Part shown: positions 12,690 through 26,157 of the stretch, piece by piece | Layout: every line of letters begins with the position of its first letter | How positions within the stretch are numbered: position 1 is the stretch's first letter | NCBI GenBank assembly: GCA_002633005.1 | Contig: NMRA01000022.1 | Location: forward strand, 238,056 to 302,055 | DNA: 64,000 nt | Source of the DNA: Phoronis australis | Lineage: Eukaryota > Animalia > Phoronida | Direction of reading: 5' to 3' | Translations under genes and position numbers: made by a program | Notes under the pieces: generated by a model | Seen by the model: only the letters and a program-made list of their open reading frames with translations | What the model was told of the DNA's origin: nothing | The model's database searches: none

Positions 12690-13352
12690 CTGTAAGTACA
12701 GCACGACAAGTTAAAACACAATTTATGGTAAAGTTTCTTCCATTTCAAGCAAAATTAATGGCCAAAATTATCACTGCATTGAGAAAAATGCTAAAAATTT
12801 CATGTATTTATTGACAGCAGTATTACATAAAGTTTTCAATTAATGAAGTAAAATTGTCTTCACGCTTACTCTTGTTGAAAATTTTGATAAATTAAAATTT
12901 TATTGATCTGCCGGCATAATTGCATTCTAATTTGAAGAAATTTTACCGTAGTCTCAAACGAGCCTTTTGACTATCATTTATTTTTTAAATTGTGTCTTTG
13001 CACCCAAATCAATACTTATTACGAAAAGTGAAATGTACAATAATAAGAGTTATGCCCAGAAAGTTCTACAAAGTATATCTGTGCGATCAAAGTCGACACC
13101 TGGGCCAGGACGCCAGGTCTGGCAGTAATGTAACTGTAAGGCATGTGGTCGCTCCACTAACAGCAGATTATTGAAGGTTGAGTGCAGTTTTTAATGGCAC
13201 AAACTTTGTGCAAGCTTTTGTTTTGCTCATTTTACCCAGGTCATTCCAAATCCAAAGCCAAAGCCAAATCATTGTACTTTGCACCAAGCCACCAATGACC
13301 AAGGCTACATAGTTCTACATTCGATTAAAGGCGTTTAATGAAAGCACGTAAC

Positions 13353-13494
13353 CTTTTGCGTCACCATCAAGATATCTTAAGTCGAATTCATCAGCGGCAC
13401 TCTGAGAGTTGAATCGTATACTACAAGGTTTAGTGCTCTGTTTGAGTAACGCAAATTTGCGAACTGCAAACAAGGTACGAATGGGCGCAGCCAT
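13353..13494 (-). CDS. AUH: AUH exon 1 (mitochondrial methylglutaconyl-CoA hydratase; presequence MAAPIRTLFAVRKF...YLDGDAK)
   Basis: ATG at 13494 in AAACATGGC context. Arg/Lys-rich, acid-free N-terminus resembles a mitochondrial presequence. Phase-1 donor AAAG|gttacg matches the phase of exon 2. Confidence 0.88.
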
Positions 13495-13970
13495 GTTTAC
13501 CCAGAATCCTCTTAACAAACTGTTACCAATAATAATAACACCAAATTGTTTTTATTTATTACGCATTGTTAAGAGTATATTATCGTTTTAAATGAATTTC
13601 ATCTGTTTACACAATTTTGATGCAATAAAAAGGGGAAAATTTGCCTGAAAAAATATTACCTAAGTTATTGCAGTTTGCTTAAGCGGTAAGCTGCACTGTT
13701 CACTGGAAAACGAAAAGCACGAAATTTCTATCTATTCATCTGGTCCAGAAGACTTGTGAAGCGGACTCGCGGTCGGTAAGTTACGCATGTCTAATGATAG
13801 TAAAATACAACTGAAGTGATAATCAACCTGAGGTGGTCAACATGACCTGGTGACATTAAACTTTCAAAACTGTTTATAACACCTGCCTTTGCCTTGTGGA
13901 TTGGAACGAGGTATGTAAAAGTTATGAAATGGCCAAGTAGAATTCGTTACAAAATTTGGTCTGACGTCAC
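13495..13970. promoter_or_regulatory. AUH promoter region, possibly bidirectional
   Basis: Immediately upstream of the AUH ATG. CpG-containing patch 13760-13790 ends in a plus-strand donor cg|gtaagt (GT at 13776). Perfect CRE palindrome TGACGTCA at 13962-13969. Confidence 0.45.
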
Positions 13971-14279
13971 GAAAAACTACACTCTTCCTTTAAGTAATTC
14001 AAGTAGATTACGGGTGCTAAGTAAATAAATTTTTATTACACCTACTCTGGTACTAAATTCCATCAATCTTTAGTTTGCTTACATATACAGTCAAGTGACC
14101 TATATCTGACGTTTTGGCACATTTTGCATTATATTTAATTGAAAATACTACAGATTGTTGTTAATTCTTTGCTGAAATAAAGACTTACCTTTACGAAATT
14201 GTTCTGTTACTATGTCTTGTCACCGAAAGCCACATTTATGTTCTGACTGATCTTTAAAAAACACAACTAGCAAACCTTC

Positions 14280-14910
14280 GGAGAACCTAAATATCGGACA
14301 CCATGTTTTCCCATACACCACACCGCGTAAAACTGACTGACCAAGTAATGGCTGCGAGCACCTTGTAGCCAAATTTCAGCTCGAGTGTTTTGACATATAT
14401 GAAGCTAGAACACAGCTCCATTCGCAACAAAATTATGTATGAAATGAAATCTGATGATGGCGCCAAGTCGTTTTGGAAGAATCAGTGCAGACGACTAAAG
14501 CACATGCAAACTCACTGCAGTTTTTAGTGTCTCTTTGCCTTCTTGATATGACACCCGCACGTGTGTAGTCGGGGTTTGACTTGAGTTTAAAAACAAATGA
14601 AAAAATGAAACAGTGACATATTGTCAGTTCAATGAGATGATTTCATTTCGGAAAAAGATTTTGTTTTCAACTTTTATAACCGATTTATGCGATCGACCAT
14701 TTTAGGCCGACTTGAGGGTCTAAATTGTACCCTCTCTCGGTGAAATCAAAACGAGACAACGCTGTAAAAAAAACGAGACGGTGCCAGACATTGAATGCAT
14801 TACAGCAGAACAAAAATTGTTATCATTTAATTCTCAGATTATGTCTCAAATGAGATTTTATGAAATGTCCGATATTTAGGGTCGGTCCGATAATTAGGTA
14901 CACTTTGTGT
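14280..14910. mobile_element. probable MITE remnant
   Basis: Perfect 15-bp inverted pair cctaaatatcggaca (14286-14300) / tgtccgatatttagg (14866-14880); true ends uncertain. Confidence 0.45.
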
Positions 14911-15267
14911 ACTAGGGTCACCAATCAGTGCCAGGTAAAAGTTGAGTGAACAGGTCCCTCTTGAAAATGGCAAGTAAGCTGTAACTGTTAAAGAAAAATT
15001 CAATCTAGGCAGAGCGATGAGTCAAAGAACATTGTGAAATATTGTGAATTTATGTTTAGTATATAATGAAAAATATATTTTTCCAAATCAGGTACCTCTC
15101 ACTTCATTCGACCGTTGAGCAATTGACCCAAGAAGAGTGATTGTAGACCTTACTCATTGCAGAATCACCACAATGTTTTACTTGCAAACTGAATTTCTAA
15201 GCATATTTTTGTTTCGGTGAAGTTTTTATCATCTCTCCAGCTTAGATGAAGCAAAAATTGAGAAAAT

Positions 15268-15360
15268 GGTGACTGCGCGTGTTATGATCATGGTAACTGT
15301 GTGTGTTACGATCCTGAGTACGCGTGTCACGATCATGGTGAATGCGCGTATTATGAGGAT
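15268..15360. repeat. ~24-bp tandem repeat, 4 copies (tggtgactgcgcgtgttatgatca)
   Basis: Direct inspection. Confidence 0.75.
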
Positions 15361-18300
15361 ACGACAACAGACTTCTTTGTCACAAAACCGGAGACTGATG
15401 CAAGAAAGCAACATTGATTAGGTTGCAATAGTACCAAGATTTAAATGCGGAGTCTTCGACATGCGTTTCAAGTGTTCAAACTGATAACAGTAGGCAATCG
15501 CCCATTGACAAGCGACTTTTCGAAAGACTCTTCGACTGTTACATCCGTAATCAGTCTTCATAACAATATCTCTACTCACAGATTTTACGTACTTTCCATC
15601 TGATCGTGAACTCCTTATGTAATTGTTGATATGATTTTCATGGCATGAAGACAGAGCTACCTGGGCATGATTTTGATGTCCATAAAAATTATATTTACAC
15701 CATTCCCTGATCGTATTTTCATCTTATTCTGTGAGTCTCGGCAGCAAATTTCTCTTGAGGCAAGTTTTATTGAACATGACGTTCCATTTGTTTTTAATGC
15801 AGCAGGCTGATCTTGTGTCAGGTGTGGGTTGACGTAAAAGATGACCCAGGCTCGTGGCAGTGAGGAGAGCACAAAAAGTCAATATTTCAGGCTTCATTCA
15901 ATCCACATAATGAGAAAATATACAATACAACTCCACCCAGATACATTATCTCTCACGAGACATCCTCAGGGAAGATCCATAAAGGGGTGATCATGATGCA
16001 AACATATCAATGTCTTGATCACACGTACAAAGACAACTACGTCCAACTTGTAACCACTCAATTGAATAAGTGCAAAAGGTGGGGATGTCTAGTGTCTTGC
16101 TGGTTGATTACAGGTGGTGTTCGTCTCGTTCAATCAAAAGAATTCACATGTTTTGCTCAAACATCAAACAATCGAGTTCACATCAACTGATGCTGATGCA
16201 AGATCAGCTTGCTGCGAGTTAGAACATTTAACTGTTAGGGCTATTAAAAACAAATAGAATGTTGTGTTCAATAAAACTTGACCTTAATCTGCATAACGTA
16301 CAGCTAGCTGGCTGGCTAAAAGGAGATTAGCTTGCACTCGTTATGAAAATTGTCTGTTGGTTTTCTTGATTAAGTCATGAATTCAACCAGCAACCTCTTG
16401 AAGCAGAGTCTAGCATCTAAAGCGATTGACCGATAAGCAATTGTTTCTTGGCAAGCAATTTAGAGAGACCTTTATTGCACGATACAACCGAAAGTCTTGT
16501 GTAACACTTCTCCCCCTTTCATGGAGCAGGCATGCCATCCTGGAGTTCATTGTCATCCACATTTCCATATGCCCTGGAATTTCCCCTCATCAACGGTCCA
16601 CTTATGTTCTGCATTTACCACCAGCAAGCTGGCGCCATCTCCATCCACCATTTGAAAGCCTCGCATACTACTCCAAGTTTTTTGAATCTCACCTTGATAG
16701 GCTAGCATTAGTGAGTTCCTGAACATATTCATGAAACACTCGCCTTTCACTCATGAGTTTGCAAGGTCTTGTAAGATCTTGCTTTTTTTGCAAGAAGCTT
16801 GGTCTATGGAAGACTGCCCAGGTTTTGGCACACGAATCGGATATTGAGGACTAAGCAATTGCTGAACAACAGATCCATTATTCTGTAGATGAAACTGGTT
16901 CTCCAAATCAGACTGGTGTACTGGACCAGGTTTTGTAAGTGCAGGTTACAAGCATTCGAATACTATGTACTTATCTTTGACAGTGATTTGAGGTCTTACT
17001 TCTAATTTGTTCTTAATCTTCGATGCTGTGCAGGAACAGAAGTGAGATCATAGTACGTGGTAGTATAAAGCCTGCTTAGATGACCAACCTATGTTGTGCG
17101 TGTTAAGTAAAAAATTCCCATGTCATTATTTTCAACCTGGGCTAAAGCTGACCAAGTCGAACTCTCAAAATCATGATTGAATTTTCGATTTTATAAAATT
17201 CCATGTCGAAACTGAAAGTTACATGTGCCAAATAATGCATTTTGCGCAAACTTTATGAGTAATTCTGGTCTTTTTGTATTGATCAGTGTTTTGTCAAAAA
17301 TATCACGTTTCCACATCAAATTATTTTATTGATATATATTTAATCTCAGAGCCTCTTCATAGTATTTACACTTACTTCCCAGAGGCTTCAGGTATAAATA
17401 CAGTGGATGTCAGAAACAATTGGACAAACTTACTCTGAATTTCCAGTCAAGAAGGCTCAAGGCAAGCGGAATACCCTGTTGTCACGGGCTTAGTGCAAGC
17501 GAATTCACAATCAAATTGGCGAGGGTGATCTGTGTTATTGGTCATGACAGTCAATAGTCATGTCACAGTAAACAATATTTTGTCTAGTACTTTTGGTGTG
17601 TGCTGTATATAGATAATGCAATTATTGAAAAGTGACTAATATATGCTCTAGAACATAGACAAAAATAAAACGATGAAACTGAACAAGATCTGAGATGGCC
17701 TGTATGGCTTTAAACCAGGATAAAATGGTAGCATTTTGTACAGAAAGGATTGAATTTCAGTGAAAATTCTTCAGTGTGAAACAGTGAAAAATTAATTATT
17801 TTGCTCAGGGTCATAGGTTATACCAAAATTTAGAAGTAGGTAATATCAGCTGTCTAAAATTCATGAATCACGAGAAAGATTAATTTTGCGTAGGCAGCGG
17901 TGCAGTTTTCAACAATTTCATACAAAATGGAATGTTCAACATTTGGCTAAGACATCACATGTAGAGTTATATCAATGTCGAAATCAGGACATTGATGTTT
18001 TACAATATTTGGCTGTTGACAATATTTAGTTTCTGACAAATCTGGCTAGTGTTATGCCTTCCAGTGGCTATTTGTTATTTTTGTATTTGTTTTTGTATTT
18101 AGCACGTACTTTGCTTTACATGACCTGGCCCTGGTTGTATCAGGGTTGGGGACGCTGCACGCCAATATTGCGACAGGTGCTACCTTGTCTGTGCGCCCTA
18201 TTGAAAGTTCTAGTATTTTGATATCTGTTTGGCATCTGGGTCTCTTTTAAACTCGGTTCACATGATTAGAGAAAATGCTTCCGTCTTCAAGTGGAGAATA

Positions 18301-19441
18301 CACTAACGTTTTAGCCAGACCCGTGTGCTGTTAATGAAGGGGTCAATTTTGTCAGCAGTTGGTCTGATGCTTCCCCACCCAAAGCGCTTGTTAAGCAAAA
18401 ATTGCCAAAATACTTTCAATCTCTGTAATAAATTGATTAATGCAATGAAAAACACCGTCGTTCTAAATCCACTTTGTGTGTTTGTTCTTTGACATAAGCG
18501 GTCTTGCTATGAAAGTGTCAACGAAAACCACAGCAGTCTTGGCGTAACTCAAACTGCCAGCCAAAATGGCACTTGCAACCATTTATATTCCTGGTTTTTG
18601 CTGCTGGCGAAAGTACTAATGTTTATGTTAGGCTCTTGGAAAGTACATGGATGTCTCCATCAAAGATTCACGGCGACAATTGAATAGTTGGTTGTTTTAA
18701 TATGTCCTTGACATAGTCAAAATGCGAGAAATTGTTAATTTTGCCTTTTCGTATTGATATTTTAATGATGTCAAAGGCAACTGGCAATTTGAAAACATAG
18801 AATTAAAAATAAAAACGCTGGGAATCCCATTGCATTCGATTTGCCTGTAGCAAGAATGCAGTTCGCTGTTTAGCAGCTACTCTATCGCCATCCAACAAAG
18901 AGGCGTACTTGTTTCATCACGTCTCCACTACATTGGAAGCCTCATTTTCTTTTAATTTAGTCAGCTCTCCATTCATGCCTTGATAGAGTTGGGCTCACAA
19001 GGCTGGATTTCTGAATTTGTCATTCATGATAGTGTTATTCATGTTTGTACAAACATTTTCTTTCTATTTAGATTGGAAGCGACTGATGAGTAGTTTGGTT
19101 TGGTTTGGATTGATTCTGTTGATGAACAGTAGTGGAATTGTCCTTAGGCGAAATTTACCAACACCCAGGAAATGAATTGTTTGTTCTGGAAAGCTCTGTA
19201 GGATTTGCACAAAAACGGACTGTCATTGCAGCAGTTTTCATCAAAGAACTTATTTCCGCCTATAGTCTGATGGGTTTCCCGTCGTCTGCTAAGTTTAGAC
19301 AGTGTCTGTAGATTAACATAGAAATATACTTTGATAAGCGTACTCATGTTATGGGAAATTTAACCAGTGAGTTCGTTATCCGTTATCCGGTGTTATTGAA
19401 TGTCAATTATACACTTCCTTTCACCAAAGCATTGTGGGATG

Positions 19442-19699
19442 CTTGGGCGCACCCAGGGGGGGGGCTCGAGCCCCTCAATTTGGCGAATTGGGTAAAAAGA
19501 TCCGCCTTAGTGAAACAAAAAGTCTGAGTAAACGAGAAAATTCCACAAAATTCACAGGAAATTTGCACGGATGCACGGTGCATGGGCCTGAACCTAGTGG
19601 CCCCGTTTTTATTTTTAGTCCTGATGGATTTCTTTCAGTAAAAGGTCCGCATACCGAAAAATTCGAGTCCCCTTATGTTTTAGGCTGGGTGCCCCCATG
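19442..19699. mobile_element. MITE with 15-bp TIRs
   Basis: cttgggcgcacccag ... ctgggtgcccccatg (13/15 inverted); G-run inside the left end. Confidence 0.6.
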
Positions 19700-20929
19700 G
19701 GGTGTCATGCTCTTGTTTTGTCAATTTATGAGAACTGGAAAGTTAGTTACTTAGTGTTTTTTAAAAAGATTTCACCTCTGCAAGTCCTCTGGCCAATGCA
19801 CAAGGGAAAGGTGAAAATCTGAACTTAAGCTGCCATCGCATTTCCTTTCAAAATGTGTAGGATTAATACAGTGTAGTCAGTAGTTACACTCTCCTGATGT
19901 GGGGCAGGTGTTAGTGTCGTAATTGAAACTCTCGTGACATGTAATGCAGGTATGCAATCGAGGGTGGGAAGCTACTATGTACTTTGGTGTTTAATCTGGG
20001 GAACCGGTGATAATACAAACACATGCTGGAGGGTTGGTAATGGGAAAGGTTAGGGGTAGGTACTATGGAGTTACGATTCATCAGATTTTTTCTAACGGAG
20101 AAAGTACTGTCATAGTGCATGCTGTATTGCTTGTTATAAGTTTGCGGGGACTGTGGAAATAAGTTCAAACATTTGATTAAAAAATTTTCATCTGTTCAAT
20201 TTGTTTGTTACACAAAAGTTCACCTGGAAAGAAAGATTTTTTGCACTTGCTTGTTAAATTTTTTAAAATAATTCACAAAACCTATCCCGTGATCCAACAC
20301 AAATCTTGGCAAAGGGTTGTGGTGAGGGAAAAGCTCTCAGGTGTATTCAACTGAGTGGCAGTAGAGAACCATCTTACTGCAAGGACTAAAGCCATGTTTA
20401 TGTAAATGGAAAAACTACAGGAGTTCTTGCAAATTTCAGAGATTCTCATGCATAATAGTCCAATGTTGTGATGTCCATGTAAGAATGATGATTATCTACC
20501 TCTTCCGTATTTTGCGATTTGCTTTATTACAAAAGTTATTATAACGAAGGAGAAATGAGGGGGTGGGGGTAAAAATGGTGTCGGTCAGGGTGCAGGGTAC
20601 CTGAGTTTGATGATGGTGAATTTGTGTGCGCCACAGATTATTTTTTTAGCTTATATAGTATATGGGTCCCATTTTATCAATGGTCGTACGCCTGACCACA
20701 TCAAAGATGGTTGCAGGCACGTTACTGTGACTGTGATGCTGTGTCTTTCATAACAGTGAAACATTACAACTGAGTTCTAGTTCAGACCTAACTACAAGTC
20801 TTCACCAGCCATGTTAATGAACTATGTGCAATCTGCTTATAGGCCAGAGTCCTGACCTTTCATGAAACTGGCCCTGGGTCATTGGGAGTCATAGCCATAG
20901 GTGTTTACAGGTGTATCTGCAACTAAGGC

Positions 20930-21500
20930 AGGAATCTGTGAACAGGCATTGTTCCACAGCACCTGGTGGCTGGGCACTCAGTCATCCAAGCTTTATGGTG
21001 GAAAGAAATGTTCTATGGAGTTCTAAATTACTGCCTGAAGCCAAGATCCTGCTGTGTGAAAACATGTTATGAAACAGTGGCAAGGCATTATAGGAATCCC
21101 TTGGCCACATCCATTGTGATGATCTTTGTTTGGGTAGGTTGAGCCACCCACTCTGGATATGAAGTCTGCTTCTCTGTTCTGGCCATTGGATGCTCTTTTG
21201 TCAAATGCATTTGAAAGTCAATAGGCAAGTCATTGGATAAATATAATATCCCCATTTCATTCAAGAGCTGGCTAGACTTCATGGTTTAACAGGATTTTGA
21301 TTAGCTTTATCTGTGCTAATCTGACCAAGCAGTGTTATATAAGGTGATGTAATTGGTCTTACTGGTGTTGAAGCAGCATGTTCTTTGAACTTGACTGTGA
21401 GGGTCAGCTTCTCAAATCATTCATGGATTGCTATTCTTAATTCTTTGAGGTGTGAAGTGAAGGCAAGCAGCGCATTATATCATCATCAAATAGGCACCAG
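20930..21500 (-). pseudogene. decayed non-LTR retrotransposon (CR1/L2-like) RT C-terminal fragment
   Basis: Ordered motifs across stops/frameshifts: CLFDDDI (21476-96, YADD-like), FNTSKTNYITL (21340-72), GILYLSNDL, later FFP..LWN. Confidence 0.6.
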
Positions 21501-23153
21501 TCATCAACCCCCAGCATTTGGAAGTATAGTTTCTTTGTAGGTGGGAGTTGTAATGCTTTAGGTAGGTTGGTTTCAAAACTCGCTTTGTTATGATCGAAAT
21601 GGTTAGTTGATCATTTAAACGTCCTGTCGGATGTTTCAAATTGGACGTTGCTGATAGACCATTTCGTTTTTAATTTGCAATCTTGTGTAAGACTTTGGTA
21701 GTACCATATAGCACTTCATGGAACTGAAAGGCCATTGCTTGAGGTGGCCAGCATGCAGGCCCCGCTAAAACTCAACTACATTGGCCGGGGACCATACTAA
21801 AAGTGATGGTTTTATCAAACTCTACATCATCGAGTATGGTTACTTATGCCAAGTTAGTTGGAGACATAGAAAGTGAAGACTTATAAATGATGACTTAACC
21901 CCAGACTTTAACATTAACGTGAAAGACCAAAACATGGTGAAGACTTTCGTAAACGTAAGAGTTGACGAGTTTAATTGGTTCACTTTCGCATCCTAAAAGA
22001 GTTCACGGTGTGTCTTTTGGAAAACAATAGCTGATCTCTTGGGAGAATTTTTATTGCTCACCACAGCGCCCTCATTCAATTGTGACCTGTTTCACGTATT
22101 CGTCAGCTCAACTACTACTAAAAGATGTCGAATTTCTGTTGGTGAACTTGCATTATTCATCTATACTGCAGGCAGGGTTAAACGAGTCGGAAGACCACCC
22201 GTGGGCGCTTTTTCGCTCCTAGTTATTGTATGAAACCTTGAGCTTATTTCGTTGGAGTATTTTTCAAATATGTCTGGTAGGTATGGAAGTATTTGGGGTT
22301 TTGTCAGCTCAGAAATCCAACCTGACGTTTGTAAATTGAATAATTGCTACCAACTTCTGCTGGCACCAACTGACCTCTTCTTTTTCAAAATATGAACATT
22401 GTTAAAAAGCGACAGCATCTCTGGGTTGATTTTCGAAAAAAAATGAAACCAATTATGCTAGTTCCTTAGGACTTGGAAGCAGAAGTTCATCCAAGATGGG
22501 ATTCCCAATTTGTTGTGGCATAAATGACCAATAATGCGGGCAGTTTTTAGATGTCTTGTCTTTGCTAGACTGCAATTGTGAAGTAGGAGCGCCAAACCAA
22601 ATTTCAGTCTCAACTCTCATGTCTTGAGTCATTGTCATTAAATGGGACCCCAGGGGTCTGTTAATTACAAGTGACTAAAGCTGTTTTTACATGGCAACAG
22701 TTCTCGCGTGCGAGTTGTCACTGTGCGACTTGCTCCACTTCAGTCGTATTTACACGACGTTAGATCGCAAACTGGGTCAGTATAAGTCATTTACACAAAG
22801 ACTGTCCACGCATTCGCACATAAACATTACCGAATGTCCAAACCACGTGGAATGCCAGCGGATCAAGCGCATTGAAAGATGTTCCCTTTCCACCTAGCCT
22901 CAGCTGTATTAAGACGTGTAGTCGAAAGTAAAACAACTGATTGAGTGCAACTCGTTCTACCGGTGTCAAAAATGGCCGCCACAGTGTCAACTTGCTCCAT
23001 GTCAATCATGTTTACACACACACATTTGCGCCCAGTCAGCTGTTCCATGTTAGTTGCTTCATGGTAGCTGTCTCCTGTGTAAATTCGGCTTTAGTCTTAA
23101 GACTGAAATTTAATCTTCTGCTCGACACAACTGTTTCTGAAAAGTAATTACAA

Positions 23154-24026
23154 GCCCTTTCATACTAGCGTAACTCCGGCATTATCGAAGTGTCACGTAA
23201 ACTGCGAAGTTGATTGAATCGTTCATACCAGCTTCAGTAGTTAACGACGTTGAAGTACATGATGGTTGATAAAGTCGTCGTCGAAGGAATCGCAAGGTAG
23301 CGCTGATGCATACTGTGCACGCTAAGATTTTTTAATGTGACAATTTGAAATCAGTTTCGTGTGCTAATTGACATAAAACTTATTTCCAATTCGATTGGCG
23401 ATTACTGGAGCAAAATATAAGCAACTATTATCGACGTCACTCCCCTTTAATTGTTGACAATAGCAGTGGCGCTAGCGACCGCAGTTAACTGGAGCTGTTA
23501 ACTTCGACCACAACTCCCCGAAACATCGATTCGTTGACGTTAGTGGTTAACTCCGGTATGATTGGAGCGTTGCTGTAAACTGCGAAGTGAATTGAACTTT
23601 CACACCAGCTTTGTTAGATTATGGCGTGGGTGTAAATAGTAAGTGATGGTGTCGTCATCGAAGTAATTGCAAGGTAGCGCTGATGCATCCTGTGCAAGCT
23701 CAGATATGTTTAATGTGACAATTTGTGAACATTTACGTGTACTAATTGACATAAAACTTGTATCTAATTTCATGGATGATTATTCCAACAAAATATTGGC
23801 AACTATTAGCGTTGGCACTGCCCTTTAGTTGTTAACGATAGTGGACCCTGGTGGTAACTTTGGTGAGACTGAAATTGACTGTTCATACCGCACCGAAACG
23901 TTGACGCGCCGCTGTTAATTCCATCTGCTTATGTGAAGTTAACGGGTAAGCCAGGACCGAAGTTAATCGTTAATACTGACTGCAACTCCCTGAAATATCG
24001 ATGTGTCGACGTTAGTGTGAAAGGTC
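23154..24026 (+). mobile_element. TIR MITE (PIF/Harbinger-like termini) with internal ~380-bp tandem duplication
   Basis: gccctttcatacta ... tagtgtgaaaggtc termini; gcaaggtagcgctgatgca and ctaattgacataaaactt blocks occur twice. Confidence 0.7.
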
Positions 24027-26124
24027 TGAAGTCTCACTTGAGAAAAAGTGCAAAGTGAATGCTATTTACTGAGATAATTTCTATAAAGTACTGTGATGTG
24101 CTCATAATTGTTCGTCTAAACCTTTTTTCACCAGTTGTGAAGTGGTAGCGAAGACCAAATTTATATGTATTAACTTTCATGAAACAGATCTCAGGGCCAT
24201 TAGCAACTGGTTTGTATTAGCACAGATGTAAAGTGCCTGCTATTAATTTTTGTGCAAAATTCTAGTTTTGTAACAGCTTGTTATGAATTTTCTGACACAA
24301 CAACATTAGGTTTAAATTGAGCTTATTATGCTTTGGGTTTCAGTTATTTGAGACACCGAAAAAGTGATCAGTTTTCTCTAAAGATCGTCGTATTATCCAC
24401 TTTTTGGTGAGAAAGAATTATTGTTTTGCAAGACTTAAATGCATCAAGATGAGAAAAACTCGTCTTAATTCATGAAAGACGTACATTTCACAATGTTAGG
24501 CTTCAATGACCCAACAAATTACCGATGTTGTCCAAAAGGCAGGAAGTTCTGTTGTGGACAGTTGCATTCATTCTCTCACTTTATCCCACTTGCCAATGGT
24601 TATATCTTCTCACACAACTTTGGTTAATTGAGATTGGTGTCTTTGTGACCACTTAGGTGAGCTGAATATCATGTCTGAAAGTTGCATTTGTACAAACATA
24701 TGTGACATCATCTCTGTTTTTCTATGAAACACCTCATACATTGACTCACCAGTTTTCAATCAGATACTGCCACAGGGGGGCCCATGGTTAGTCTCACGCA
24801 TGTGTGGGCTATTCAAGGAATTCACCAACTCTTTGATGTCAAAATTGTGTTTACTTTGCCAAGGAAAATAGGATTCTCATCAGGTTTTCTACAAAAGTGA
24901 CTTCACTCCGGGAAATCAAGTCCACGATCCCCTTCGGAGATTACTAAATTATCTCCAAATTTCGAAGGCACGCAGAACAGCATTTGAAATCAAATTTTTA
25001 TGCTAAGGGTATAATTCTTGACAAGAGATTATTGCCTACTTTGCCTTTGGGTGTGGAATTACCAGTTTCTAATCAGTGCAAGGACAAACTTTTTGAACTT
25101 ATTAAACGCATTGAGGTTTACACACTGGACTGAATTTACTTATTGGGTTTCGGAGAGATTATTAGGGGGTAGCTTGGCTACATGTTTGATGGAGGTGTGC
25201 TAGTCAGAAATTAGGATATACCCTTTATTAATGATTTGACACTACGGGGGAACCCTTTTATAGACATTCCCATGAAAAATCACTGTGATGTAGAGTGACA
25301 TGGACATTGATTGGAAGGTTTCCATTAAGCGTTCGACAAATGATAGACTTATCTTCGCAAAACGGGCAAAGACAATCGGCTCATGTGAACCCCTTCTACT
25401 GCAGAATTTGTTGCAAAAGAACAGGTTCATATCAGATTTAGTCCGAAAATAGCGCCATCTTGTGGTGAGATTAGTGTGAACAATCCGCCTTTCTTAGTAG
25501 TAACTTAATTTTGCACCACCTACTTGAGATGCCGTGCTGCTGTTTTCAAACGTTACCTGACATCCAAGTCCACTGTTCAGTCGAAGTGATAGCCACCAGA
25601 TGGCATTGGGACTGCACCTTAGAAATGCTGTGTTCTAGGTTTGTTGAGACTGCAGAGTCAAAAGTCGAACAGCGATCCATCAAAATCCAATAGGGCTACT
25701 TAACCTAATTTTTCTTGTTTCAAAGTTGGCTCTTTTGACAGCTCATCACAGCCGAAGCCTTTGAAGTTCTGTTTTGTGTGTTCACGAAAGTCGAAGCATG
25801 ATTTGTAGTCAATATCAGTAGGTTGTGTGTTGGTTTAGGTAATCAAAAGATTGGCTGGCGTTCTTGTCAAGATTTGCTCAATGCGAGTCCTTCAGTGTTG
25901 GTCAAGTGACTAAAATTTTGCTGGTAAGGTGACAATTACAGACCTTTTTGTCTTGAAAAACCCTTGGCACCTGTCTCCTGTTGATCAGTTCATCGGTCTT
26001 GAAGTCATTATTTGTGTTGAAGCTAAGTCTGAATTTTCCAATGCAGTTAATGTAGAGCTTCATTAAAAGACCTGTTATGTTTAGAATGGGGTTTGTAATT
26101 AAAACTCTTCATGACCTTCAATAA

Positions 26125-26157
26125 TGTGTGTGTGTGCGTGCGTGTGTGCGTGTGTGT
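26125..26157. repeat. (TG)/(TGCG) microsatellite
   Basis: Direct inspection. Confidence 0.9.

Noticed and set aside
16553-16750. RTE-like LINE C-terminus (KTWSSMR...WRQLAGGKC) on the minus strand
   Set aside because: Suggestive, but needs a frameshift and lacks the upstream GRP/WxGH motifs; too weak to call
25728-25745. Histone 3' stem-loop-like ggctcttttgacagc
   Set aside because: The stem does not pair as in GGYYYTTYTNARRRCC and no histone CDS lies upstream
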